From an uncultured Bacteroidota bacterium (lineage in GTDB: Bacteria; Bacteroidota; Ignavibacteria; UBA10030; UBA6906), in assembly GCA_963779225.1 (NCBI GenBank), contig CAVZWW010000001.1:542921-606920 (forward strand): a stretch of DNA of 64,000 bases, read 5' to 3'. Under the pieces are notes generated by a model. The model searched no databases. It saw nothing but the letters and a program-made list of their open reading frames with translations, and was not told the DNA's origin. Shown in pieces: positions 26,473 to 35,935 of this stretch; the stretch's first letter is position 1, and each line of letters opens with the position of its first letter. The position numbers and the translations under genes are program-made.

Positions 26473-28872
26473 ATGAAGAAGCATATCTATGCGACGAAAT
26501 ACGGCGCCTTTTCTGACGACGGAAAGGAATTTGTTATTACCACACCCACGACGCCCCGCCCATGGGTGAATGTCATCAGCAACGGCGACTACGGCGTTGT
26601 CGTTTCACAGACAGGCAGCGGCTATAGCTGGCGCACGCACGCGCAGCTTAATAGACTCACGCGCTGGGATCAAGATCTGATCAAAGACGAGTGGGGAAAG
26701 TACATATATATTCAGGACGATCGGGGCAACGTCTGGTCGGCGGGATGGAAACCCGTCGCCGCCCAACCGGACATATACCGTTGCCGGCACGGCGTGGGGT
26801 ACACGATCATCGAGTCGCGTTACCACGGCATCGAAACGGACCTTCTGATACTCGTTCCGGTGGACGCACCGATGGAACTCTGGCAGCTGACGATCCGGAA
26901 TCGTTCACGATCGAAACGGACACTCCGGTTCACCTCATTTCTGGAATGGGGGCTGGGCCAGGCACCGGACTGGCACCGGGAGTTTCACAAGTCGTTCATT
27001 GAAACCGTTTACGATCCCGAGGCGCAGGCGATTCTCGCAACAAAACGATTGTGGGAGGTTCCTGCCGAGCATGGGCACTGGAACACCGACTGGCCTTTTG
27101 TGGCGTTTCATTCGGCAAATCTCAAACCCTCCTCCTTTGATGCCGACAAGGAATCGTTTCTCGGGATGTACGGCAGCCAGGCGATGCCGGCAGCGCTCAG
27201 AAAAGCCATACTTGCCAAACGGACGGGGAACGGGCTGGATCCGATAGCCAGCCTGCGCCACACGATCACGCTGGCACCCAAACAAGAAACGACCCTCATC
27301 TATTCGCTTGGCTGCGCGGAAAGCCAGACAGAGGCTGTGGAGCTCAGCCGGCGTTATCGCACGGTAGAAGCAGTCTCCGCCGCGCAGGAAGCCGTGAACC
27401 AGCGCTGGGCCGGACTGCTCGGGACAGTGCAGGTGGACACACCTGATGATGCGATGAACCTGATGGAGAATACCTGGCTCAAGTATCAGGCGATCTCAGG
27501 ACGTCTATGGGGGCGGACGGCATACTATCAGACAGGGGGTGCCTACGGGTTCCGCGATCAACTTCAGGACAGCCAGCTCTGGCTCCCGATTGATGCCGGC
27601 CGGACACAACAGCAAATCCGGCTGCACGCGCGGCACCAATTCGCCGACGGCACCGTGTATCACTGGTGGCACCCCATGTCGGAGATCGGCTTACGCAACG
27701 CGATCTCTGACAATCTGCTCTGGCTGCCGTTTGTGATGTTTGCGTACATCCAGGAGACGAGGGATACCGCGATTCTCGATCAATGTGAGCCGTTTGTGGA
27801 CCTGCCCGAGCCTGTTTCGTTGTATGATCATTGCACCCGCGCGGTCGACAAAGCACTCGAGAGGTTCAGCGAACGGGGCTTGCCGTTGATCGGCGATGGG
27901 GACTGGAATGACGGATTGAGTGCGGTTGGTCTGGACAAACACGGTGAATCGGTTTGGCTCGGGCATTTTCTCCACCGCATCCTCCTGGACATGGCCGGTG
28001 TCGCCGAATGGAGGGGAGATGGCACACGTGCCGTATGCTACCGGGAACGGGCGGGAACTCTCCGGGAACGACTGAATACGCTGGCATGGGACGGCAAGTA
28101 CTATTTCGGCGCGACCAAGGATTCCGGCGAACGGTTGGGGAGTCACCTCAACCAGGAAGGGCGTATCTGGTTAAACTCGCAAACATGGTCTATCATCGGG
28201 GGGGTAGCCGATGACCGGCGCGGCAACGAGGTGTTCGACATCGTGGAGCGTGAACTGGAGTTCGACATTGGCCCCCTCTTACTCTATCCCGCGTATTCGA
28301 AACCGGACAAAGAGGTCGGCTATCTCACGCGGTACAGTCCGGGCATGCGGGAAAACGGCGGAGTGTACACGCACGCAGCCACATGGTCGGTGATTGCCGC
28401 CGCAATTCTCGGCCGTGGGGAGAGCGCGTACCGCCTCTACGCGAAGTTGAACCCCATCAACCGCGGTCGGAAACCGGATGTCTACGGTGCGGAACCGTAT
28501 GTCACCGCCGGCAACATCGAAGGACCGGATTCTCCGTTTTTCGGACGTGGTGGCTGGACCTGGTATACGGGTTCGGCAGCCTGGTTGTTCAAGGTCGGGC
28601 TCGAGTGGATCCTCGGTGTCCGGGCGACGTTCGACGGTTTGATGGTGGATCCCTGCATACCACCCGCATGGGACGGGTACACGGTCCGGCGGACATTCCG
28701 GGGAGCCGTCTACAACATTGTCGTGAAAAATCCCCGGCATGTCTCGTGCGGTGTTGCGCAGATACATGTTGATGGAACGGAACAGTGTGCGGCGATGCCT
28801 CCTCGCGGCAAAACGCTTCCGCAATACGCGCCAGGCAGCGAACACAAGGTCGTGGTAGTATTGGGGAAATGA
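26473..28872 (+). CDS. GH94 glycoside phosphorylase (cellobiose/cellodextrin/chitobiose/laminaribiose-phosphorylase family)
   Basis: 799 aa, no signal peptide. N-terminus YGAFSDDGKEFVITTPTTPRPWVNVISNGDYGVVVSQTGSGYSW…RLTRWDQD closely parallels the cellobiose phosphorylase N-terminus (…YVITTPHTPYPWINYL…RLTRY…); the size matches GH94. Confidence 0.75.
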   Translation: MKKHIYATKYGAFSDDGKEFVITTPTTPRPWVNVISNGDYGVVVSQTGSGYSWRTHAQLNRLTRWDQDLIKDEWGKYIYIQDDRGNVWSAGWKPVAAQPDIYRCRHGVGYTIIESRYHGIETDLLILVPVDAPMELWQLTIRNRSRSKRTLRFTSFLEWGLGQAPDWHREFHKSFIETVYDPEAQAILATKRLWEVPAEHGHWNTDWPFVAFHSANLKPSSFDADKESFLGMYGSQAMPAALRKAILAKRTGNGLDPIASLRHTITLAPKQETTLIYSLGCAESQTEAVELSRRYRTVEAVSAAQEAVNQRWAGLLGTVQVDTPDDAMNLMENTWLKYQAISGRLWGRTAYYQTGGAYGFRDQLQDSQLWLPIDAGRTQQQIRLHARHQFADGTVYHWWHPMSEIGLRNAISDNLLWLPFVMFAYIQETRDTAILDQCEPFVDLPEPVSLYDHCTRAVDKALERFSERGLPLIGDGDWNDGLSAVGLDKHGESVWLGHFLHRILLDMAGVAEWRGDGTRAVCYRERAGTLRERLNTLAWDGKYYFGATKDSGERLGSHLNQEGRIWLNSQTWSIIGGVADDRRGNEVFDIVERELEFDIGPLLLYPAYSKPDKEVGYLTRYSPGMRENGGVYTHAATWSVIAAAILGRGESAYRLYAKLNPINRGRKPDVYGAEPYVTAGNIEGPDSPFFGRGGWTWYTGSAAWLFKVGLEWILGVRATFDGLMVDPCIPPAWDGYTVRRTFRGAVYNIVVKNPRHVSCGVAQIHVDGTEQCAAMPPRGKTLPQYAPGSEHKVVVVLGK

Positions 28873-31346
28873 TGAAGTCGAGCATGAGCGAATTGCCTGG
28901 TACCCTCTTCCTGCGCAGCGCAGCGTGGTCGGTTTTTGCTCTGCTGATCCCCGTCTCGGTCATCGGCCAGCCTCAGCCCTCTCTTGTGATCTTCGATGAG
29001 GACGATCCGGTCGGGACAGGATACTATGATGCGTCGTGGGCCTTTGCCTCCGGGGGGAGTTCGTTGGCGGTTGGGGCAGGGTCACACGACAAAATGCTCA
29101 TTGAAAACGCACACGCCTATAGTGGTTCACAGAGCGGACTGCTCCAGTGGACGTCTGCTGCGGGTGGTGCGTGGAAGATCTTTGTTGCGAGTCCGTCATG
29201 GGCAACCCGGGATGCCAGCTCGTTCGATTCTCTTGAAATGTACGTCAATGCCCCCGCCGCAATTGGTTCTTCGGATCTCCCGCTTGTTGCCCTCGAAAGC
29301 AGCACGAATGTGGCGACACCCGCCGTCTCCATGGGTTCGTATCTCTCCTCAGGCGTTGATGCAGATAGTAACACATGGCAACGTGTCATCATTCCGCTCT
29401 CTTCATTCCAGCCCTTCGGCTCCTTCTCGCTCGGCCAGTTCAAGGACGTTAATTTCGGACAGGGAACGGCAGACAACGTACCGCACAGGCTCTGGTTTGA
29501 CTACGTCCGGCTGACTGGAAGAAGCGACACAACACGTCCGGCGTCTCCCACCAACGTCGTAACACGCGTGGGAGACCGGTGTGTGATTCTGCACTGGGAC
29601 GTATCACCAGCCACACCGCTCACGGGCTGCAATATCTACCGGTCGGTCTCACCAACGGGACCATCGGTCAAGCTGAATTCCTCGCCGGTTGTACCCCGGG
29701 CGTATATTGACCTGACGGTGAACAACGGAAGCACCTATACCTACTCCGTGACTGCCGTAAGCGCGATCTCCATTGAAGGTTCGCCTTCCGATACTGTGCA
29801 GGCCACTCCCCATGTCTTTGCGAATGACGAACAGTTTCTGGATTTCATCGAACAAACGGCGGTGGACTATTTCTGGTATGAAGCCAATCCGACCAATGGG
29901 CTGATCAAAGACCGGAGTGCTGTCTGGTCACCCTGCAGCATCGCATCGACGGGATTTGGCCTCACGGCCCTGTGCATTGGGGTCGACCGCGGATGGATCG
30001 CCCGGGCTGACGCACGTGATCGCACGCTTACCGCGCTCAATACCTTCTGGACGAAGCCGCAAGGAATGGCGGCGTCAGGTACGATCGGTCACAACGGTTT
30101 CTTCTACCACTTCCTCGATATGTCATCAGCCACCCGGACCTGGAATTGTGAACTCTCTTCCGGGGATACCGGCGATCTCATAGCCGGCATTCTGTTCTCA
30201 AAGCAATACTTCAACGGTACCGATTCGTTGGAGTCGCGAATTCGTGCTCTGGCCGATTCGATTGCCGACCGGGTCGACTGGACCTGGATGATGAACGGAG
30301 AATCCAGACTTGCGATGGCGTGGTATCCCGAACGGGGATTTGACCCGTATCGCTACGAAGGCTATAACGAAGCGATGATCTTCTACATCATCGGGCTGGG
30401 GGCCAATGTGCATCCGATGCCGGTCGGTGCATGGTCCGCATGGACGAGCTCATACTTATGGCAAACTCACTACACCTATTCATTTGTGGTGTTCCCCCCC
30501 CTCTTCGGTCACCAAGCCTCCCATGCATGGATCGATTTCCGGTATGTGCAGGACGCGTATATGAAGGCGAAGGGCTCAACGTATTTCGAGAATTCACGAC
30601 GCGCTACCCTTGCACAGCGTGAATATTGTATTGCCAATCCGCCGGGTTTTCCGGGATATGGCTCGAACATATGGGGCTTGACGGCATCAGACGAACCCGC
30701 GGTATTCGGCAACGGCGGATATCGTGCCCACGGGGCGCCACCCTCATACAATGATAACGGGACGCTGGCTCCCACAGCACCGGCCAGTTCGATGCCTTTC
30801 ACGCCGGAGGTTTCGATTGCTGCGCTTCGCGCGATGTATGATCAATACCGTCTGACAATCTTCACCCCGTACGGTTTTTGCGATGCCTTTAATCTCAAAG
30901 AGAACTGGTGGGATCCGGATGTTATCGGTTTCGACCAGGGGACAGCGGCATTGATGATCGAGAACTATCGGACCGGATCTGTCTGGGCGCGCTTCATGCA
31001 GAATGCCATCATACAGCAGGGGATGCAGCGTGCGGGGTTCGAACCCGTCTCATCTGTCGTCTCCGAGTCTCCTGTTGTGCCGGAGCAACTCGCTCTTCAC
31101 CAGAACTATCCTAATCCATTCAACAGCGCTACGCACATACAGTTTGAACTTCCCGCCGCCGGCCCCACACGCATCACCGTGGTAGATATACTCGGACGTG
31201 TAGTGATGACGCCTGTCGATGGCCGGCTCGATGCCGGGGTGCACAGTGTCACCATCGATGCCAAAGTATTCGCAAGTGGAGTCTATATCTACTATCTTCA
31301 ACACGGGGGCGTGTCACGTGCGCGTACTTTCACCCTATTGCGATAG
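28869..31346 (+). CDS. T9SS-secreted six-hairpin (alpha/alpha)6 glycosidase-like protein (glucoamylase-like/DUF3131, GH144-like) with N-terminal beta-sandwich/FN3 modules
   Basis: Signal peptide; catalytic-like core …DYFWYEANPTNGLIKDRS…GHNGFFYHFLDMSSATRTWNCELSSGDTGDLIAGILFSKQYFNG…; C-terminal T9SS CTD LALHQNYPNPFNSATHIQFELPAAG…GVYIYYLQH. Start overlaps the GH94 stop. Confidence 0.45.
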   Translation: MMKSSMSELPGTLFLRSAAWSVFALLIPVSVIGQPQPSLVIFDEDDPVGTGYYDASWAFASGGSSLAVGAGSHDKMLIENAHAYSGSQSGLLQWTSAAGGAWKIFVASPSWATRDASSFDSLEMYVNAPAAIGSSDLPLVALESSTNVATPAVSMGSYLSSGVDADSNTWQRVIIPLSSFQPFGSFSLGQFKDVNFGQGTADNVPHRLWFDYVRLTGRSDTTRPASPTNVVTRVGDRCVILHWDVSPATPLTGCNIYRSVSPTGPSVKLNSSPVVPRAYIDLTVNNGSTYTYSVTAVSAISIEGSPSDTVQATPHVFANDEQFLDFIEQTAVDYFWYEANPTNGLIKDRSAVWSPCSIASTGFGLTALCIGVDRGWIARADARDRTLTALNTFWTKPQGMAASGTIGHNGFFYHFLDMSSATRTWNCELSSGDTGDLIAGILFSKQYFNGTDSLESRIRALADSIADRVDWTWMMNGESRLAMAWYPERGFDPYRYEGYNEAMIFYIIGLGANVHPMPVGAWSAWTSSYLWQTHYTYSFVVFPPLFGHQASHAWIDFRYVQDAYMKAKGSTYFENSRRATLAQREYCIANPPGFPGYGSNIWGLTASDEPAVFGNGGYRAHGAPPSYNDNGTLAPTAPASSMPFTPEVSIAALRAMYDQYRLTIFTPYGFCDAFNLKENWWDPDVIGFDQGTAALMIENYRTGSVWARFMQNAIIQQGMQRAGFEPVSSVVSESPVVPEQLALHQNYPNPFNSATHIQFELPAAGPTRITVVDILGRVVMTPVDGRLDAGVHSVTIDAKVFASGVYIYYLQHGGVSRARTFTLLR

Positions 31347-31352
31347 TCCTTC

Positions 31353-32744
31353 ATGATCTCTCCTGTACCTATTCTCCTTAACCTGCTTCTGGGATTCTAT
31401 GTTCTGATTCCCGACGGTGCTGCGGGAGCGTCACCCCGGAGTTCAGCACGGTGGGACCCTTTTCTGGACTCTCTCCAGCGCGGGACGATTCACTGGTTCC
31501 TCACGGCAACCCCGGAGAAGACCGGATTGACCCCTGATCGGTGGCCGTCTCCATCGCCCATCAGTATCGGTGCGGCAGGATTCGGTTTGACAACCGTGCC
31601 GATCGCGGTTGAACGCCGCCTCCTCACTCGCCGCCAGGCAGTGGCACGGACACTTCGCGCCTTCCGTTTCCTCCTCGCAATTCCACAGAGTGATCATCCC
31701 ACCGCCAGTGGCGGCTACCACGGATTCTTTTACCACTTCCTGGACGCGCAAACCGGTTTGCGTACGTGGAACTGCGAGCTCTCAACTGTTGATACCGGCC
31801 TGCTGATGATGGGCGTTCTGTTCTGCCAATCGTATTTTAACCGCACCAACTGCGATGAGCGCAAGCTCCGCCGTCTCGCGGACTCTCTCTACAGACAAGT
31901 TGACTGGATCTGGGCGATGGATGGCAGAGAGGGGATCACGCTCGGATGGTCACCGGAGCGGGCCTTTCATGAGATGACGTGGCGTGGGTACAATGAGGCT
32001 CAGTTCATCTATTTTCTTGCCCTGGGGTCGCCAACGCATCCCGTGCCGGCGTCAGCATATTCACACTGGCTTTCCGGTTACCGGTGGTTGTCATTCGAGG
32101 GGAAGGAATTCATCAGCTTCGCCCCTCTCTTTGGACATCAGTATACGGCGTGCTGGCTGGATATGCGCGGGATACAGGACCGATACGTACGGGAAAAGGG
32201 GATCGACTATTTTGAGAATTCACGACGGGCGACCTATTCTCACCAATCGTATGGGAAACATAATCCTGCACAGTGGCGGGACTATTCAGAGAAGGTCTGG
32301 GGTTGGACTGCGTGTGATGGTCCGGCCGACACCACATTGTGGATTGATGGTGTTCCCCGCATTTTTCAGACCTACAATGCACGCGGTCCTTCTGCAGACT
32401 GGACAAATGATGATGGTACTCTCGCTCCGACCGCTGTCGGCGGCTCGCTTCCGTTCGCACCGGAAATTTGCGTTCCGGCGCTGAAAGCGATGCGCCAAAC
32501 CTACGGTGACCGACTGTACACCGACTACGGTTTCCGGGATGCATTTAACCCGTCATTCATCACAGCAGAAACTCCTCGTGGATGGTTCGACAAAGATTTT
32601 CTCGGCATCGATCAGGGCCCCATCGCTATCATGATTGAGAACCTCCGGAGTGGTTTTGTCTGGAAGGTGATGAAAAAGAACCCGCATATCGTGCGTGGCT
32701 TGCGACGTGCCGGTTTTTCCGGCGGGTGGTTGGGACAACCGTGA
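31353..32744 (+). CDS. Paralogous six-hairpin glycosidase-like protein (DUF3131/GH144-like) without CTD
   Basis: 463 aa; core …YHGFFYHFLDAQTGLRTWNCELSTVDTGLLMMGVLFCQSYFN…YFENSRRATYSHQSY… is clearly paralogous to the core of the 28869 gene. N-terminal hydrophobic segment suggests secretion or a periplasmic location. Confidence 0.45.
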   Translation: MISPVPILLNLLLGFYVLIPDGAAGASPRSSARWDPFLDSLQRGTIHWFLTATPEKTGLTPDRWPSPSPISIGAAGFGLTTVPIAVERRLLTRRQAVARTLRAFRFLLAIPQSDHPTASGGYHGFFYHFLDAQTGLRTWNCELSTVDTGLLMMGVLFCQSYFNRTNCDERKLRRLADSLYRQVDWIWAMDGREGITLGWSPERAFHEMTWRGYNEAQFIYFLALGSPTHPVPASAYSHWLSGYRWLSFEGKEFISFAPLFGHQYTACWLDMRGIQDRYVREKGIDYFENSRRATYSHQSYGKHNPAQWRDYSEKVWGWTACDGPADTTLWIDGVPRIFQTYNARGPSADWTNDDGTLAPTAVGGSLPFAPEICVPALKAMRQTYGDRLYTDYGFRDAFNPSFITAETPRGWFDKDFLGIDQGPIAIMIENLRSGFVWKVMKKNPHIVRGLRRAGFSGGWLGQP

Positions 32745-35700
32745 GTTGCCACTCCTCGACGGCCCGGCGGTTCTCCATCTGCCAGTTGTTCCTGCTGTGC
32801 GCGATGCACCTCCTCCTGCCCTCTGCGTACTCCCAGCCCCGGCTTCTCGACGACTTTGAGACCCTGACCGGCTGGAAAGAAATCGTCTCCGAAGGGGCCA
32901 AACTGCATCTGATACAGGCAGGGGGGACCGCGGGCCGTTCGATGGGTATGGTCTTCGATCTGAGGGGGGTGTCCGGATACGTTATTGCGCAGAAGGAGTT
33001 TACGCTCGATCTCCCCACGAACTACCAGTTCACGTTTGACATGCGAGCGGAAGCTCCCGTCAACAACTTCGAATTCAAGTTGATCGACGATCAGGAAAAC
33101 GTGTTCTGGATCAAAAAGATGAGTTTCACCTACCCCGGCGAGTGGACGCGGCAACGTATCAAGAAACGGCATCTGACGTTCGCGTGGGGTCCCACCCGCG
33201 GCGGCGAAATCCGCAAGGTGCGCAAGATCGAGTTCGTCGTGTCGGTCAGCACGGGCGGAGCGGGCACGGTCTATCTGGACAATTTCCGTTTTGAACCGAT
33301 CGATGAACATGCGGGAAAAACCGCACGTGCCGAAGTTGAGGGTTCTTCAAATGCGTCCGGCCGGCTCCCCTCGATAGACGCCCAGGCCTCACTCCTCTCC
33401 GATTGGCACAGCTCAGGCGGACGCGAGCAAGAATGGCTGATCGTACGGTTCCACCAGCTCAAGGAAGTGGGGGGACTGGTGATTGATTGGGACAGCGTCG
33501 ATTTTGCCACGCATTATCAGGTCCTTCTTTCGGATGACAGCGTCGCATGGACAAGAGCGTACGCCGTGACAAACGGGAACGGAGGACGGGACTATGTCCC
33601 ATTGACGGAAGGGGAGGGGCGGTTTCTGAAACTCCTTCTTTTAAAGAGCGGAGGAAACCGAAGATTCGGAATCCGCCGGATGACCTTCAAACCCCCACAA
33701 TTCTCCGGATCACCGAACGAGTTCTTTCGTGCAGTGGCCGCGGATGCACCAGCGGGTCACTTTCCAAAGTTCTTTCAGAACCAGCAGTCGTACTGGACCG
33801 TCATCGGGGTGAACGGCGATAGCCAGGAAGCGCTGATGAACGAACAGGGGCAGATTGAAGTGGACAAACTCCTCTTCTCGTTGGAGCCTTTTCTGTACGT
33901 TGACAATCACCTGGTGACCTGGAATGATGTTGCGACAAGCCCGGCCCTTCTGGACGGCTATCTGCCGATTCCCTCGGTGACCTGGCGCTATAAGGACGAA
34001 TGGGTGCTCACGATCGAGGCGGTTGCCGGAGGCGTGGCGGGGAATTCGCTCCTGGGTATCCGGTATACCGTGCACCGGCTGAAGTCCGGAGATCCTGCAA
34101 AGCTGTTTGTTGCAGTGTGCCCCTTCCAGGTGAATCCCCCATGGCAGTTCCTGAATGTCGAAGGCGGGGCGACACGGATAGAAAGCATCGCGTACCATGA
34201 AGGATTTGTGCGCGTGGATGGCCGGGAGATCATCCCGATGACCCCGCCCTCACGCTTCGGGGCGGCGGAATTCGATCAGGGACATATTACGGAGTATCTG
34301 GCGCAGGGGACTGTTCCGCCGGAGCAAAATATCCATGATCATACGGGCTACGCCTCTGCTGCACTGGAATACGATCTGTCTCTGTCGGCGGGCGAAGTGA
34401 AGGAAATCTGCCTTGCTGTACCGTTCCACGGATGGCATGGAAGCCCTACACCCAACATGCAACAGTACGGCGACCGGATCTACTTCAACATGATGCTTTC
34501 ACAGACGGTGAATTTCTGGCGCGGCAAACTGGACAGGATCCGGATCACGCTCCCCCCATCCGCCCAGGATGTGGTGAATACGTTGAAGTCCAACCTCGCA
34601 TATATTCTCATCAACCGCGATGGTCCGGGCATACAGCCGGGCTCGCGCAACTATGAGCGTTCCTGGATACGCGACGGGTCACTGACCTGCTCGGCTCTGT
34701 TGCGCACGGGGAACATGGCCGAGGTGCGGGAATTTATCGACTGGTATGCAAAGGGGCAGTTCCCGAACGGCAAAATCCCGTGTGTCATTGATGCACGGGG
34801 GCCTGATGCGGTACCTGAACACGATAGCCATGGGGAATTCATCTATGCGGTGCTGCAGTACTTCCTGTTTACGAAAGACACCCTCTGGCTCCGCGGTAAG
34901 TTTGATAATATTGTGAAGACCGTCCGGTACATCCAGGCTTTGCGTGCAGAACGGAAGACGGATCTCTACAAAAGCGGCACACCACAGCAGCGGGCATTGT
35001 ACGGACTGCTGCCTGAATCGATCAGTCACGAAGGGTACTCGGATGTTCCCCGTCACTCGTACTGGGATGACTTTTTCGCCCTGCGCGGCCTCAAGGATGC
35101 CACCACCATCGCCCGGGTCCTTCGAGAAAAGGAATATGCGGCGGAGTTCGCCACTGAGCGGGACGATTTCCGCAAGGATCTGTACGCTTCCATGCGTCTG
35201 GCCATGAAGAACACCGGGGTAGACTACATACCCGGTTGCGCGGAGCTGGGAGATTTTGATGCCACATCCACAACCATCGGCGTGGTGCCCGGGGGAGAAC
35301 TCGGAAATATCCCCGAACCGCAGCTGCACAATACGTTTGACAGGTATTATCGCTATTTTGTCGGGAGGAAGACGAAAGAAGACGTCGTGAACTACACCCC
35401 CTATGAAACGCGTGTGATCGGGACGTTTGTCCATCTTGGTCAAAAACAGCGTGCGGAGGAAGCCCTTGCCTTCTTCATGAACGATCGGCGTCCGCCGGCC
35501 TGGAATCACTGGGCCGAAGTCGTCTGGCGCGATCCGTTGACCCCGAAATTCATCGGCGACATGCCGCACACATGGGTGGGATCCGATTTCATGCGGTCGG
35601 TGTTCAGCATGTTCATCTACGAAAGGGCACGGGATAGTGCTGTGGTTCTCGGGGCGGGGATCCCCGACCGGTGGGTGAATGATCCGGCCGGCGTGACCGT

Positions 35701-35935
35701 AAGAGATCTGCCGACCTATGACGGCAGCGTGAGCTATTCGATAAAGAGAAGCGGTGCGTCGGTACAGGTGGCTATTTCCGGCACCGTTCCGGTTCCGCGT
35801 ACAAAGCTTGTGCTTACATCCCCGCTGACGCAGGCGCCGCGGTCGGTCCGGCTGAATGGCAAGCGTATTCCGTCTCCGCAGACGAGGGAGATCGTGCTCA
35901 CCGCACTTCCCGCAAAAGTCGAGTTCAGGTATTAA
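32741..35935 (+). CDS. Large secreted glycoside-hydrolase-like protein (N-terminal carbohydrate-binding/discoidin-like module plus (alpha/alpha)6-like C-terminal region)
   Basis: GTG start in GTGA overlap with the upstream stop; signal peptide …ICQLFLLCAMHLLLPSAYSQ; about 1065 aa; C-terminal segment DGSLTCSALLRTGNMAEVREFIDWYAKGQFPNGKIPCVID reminiscent of six-hairpin glycosidases. Family not assignable by eye. Confidence 0.35.
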   Translation: MSCHSSTARRFSICQLFLLCAMHLLLPSAYSQPRLLDDFETLTGWKEIVSEGAKLHLIQAGGTAGRSMGMVFDLRGVSGYVIAQKEFTLDLPTNYQFTFDMRAEAPVNNFEFKLIDDQENVFWIKKMSFTYPGEWTRQRIKKRHLTFAWGPTRGGEIRKVRKIEFVVSVSTGGAGTVYLDNFRFEPIDEHAGKTARAEVEGSSNASGRLPSIDAQASLLSDWHSSGGREQEWLIVRFHQLKEVGGLVIDWDSVDFATHYQVLLSDDSVAWTRAYAVTNGNGGRDYVPLTEGEGRFLKLLLLKSGGNRRFGIRRMTFKPPQFSGSPNEFFRAVAADAPAGHFPKFFQNQQSYWTVIGVNGDSQEALMNEQGQIEVDKLLFSLEPFLYVDNHLVTWNDVATSPALLDGYLPIPSVTWRYKDEWVLTIEAVAGGVAGNSLLGIRYTVHRLKSGDPAKLFVAVCPFQVNPPWQFLNVEGGATRIESIAYHEGFVRVDGREIIPMTPPSRFGAAEFDQGHITEYLAQGTVPPEQNIHDHTGYASAALEYDLSLSAGEVKEICLAVPFHGWHGSPTPNMQQYGDRIYFNMMLSQTVNFWRGKLDRIRITLPPSAQDVVNTLKSNLAYILINRDGPGIQPGSRNYERSWIRDGSLTCSALLRTGNMAEVREFIDWYAKGQFPNGKIPCVIDARGPDAVPEHDSHGEFIYAVLQYFLFTKDTLWLRGKFDNIVKTVRYIQALRAERKTDLYKSGTPQQRALYGLLPESISHEGYSDVPRHSYWDDFFALRGLKDATTIARVLREKEYAAEFATERDDFRKDLYASMRLAMKNTGVDYIPGCAELGDFDATSTTIGVVPGGELGNIPEPQLHNTFDRYYRYFVGRKTKEDVVNYTPYETRVIGTFVHLGQKQRAEEALAFFMNDRRPPAWNHWAEVVWRDPLTPKFIGDMPHTWVGSDFMRSVFSMFIYERARDSAVVLGAGIPDRWVNDPAGVTVRDLPTYDGSVSYSIKRSGASVQVAISGTVPVPRTKLVLTSPLTQAPRSVRLNGKRIPSPQTREIVLTALPAKVEFRY

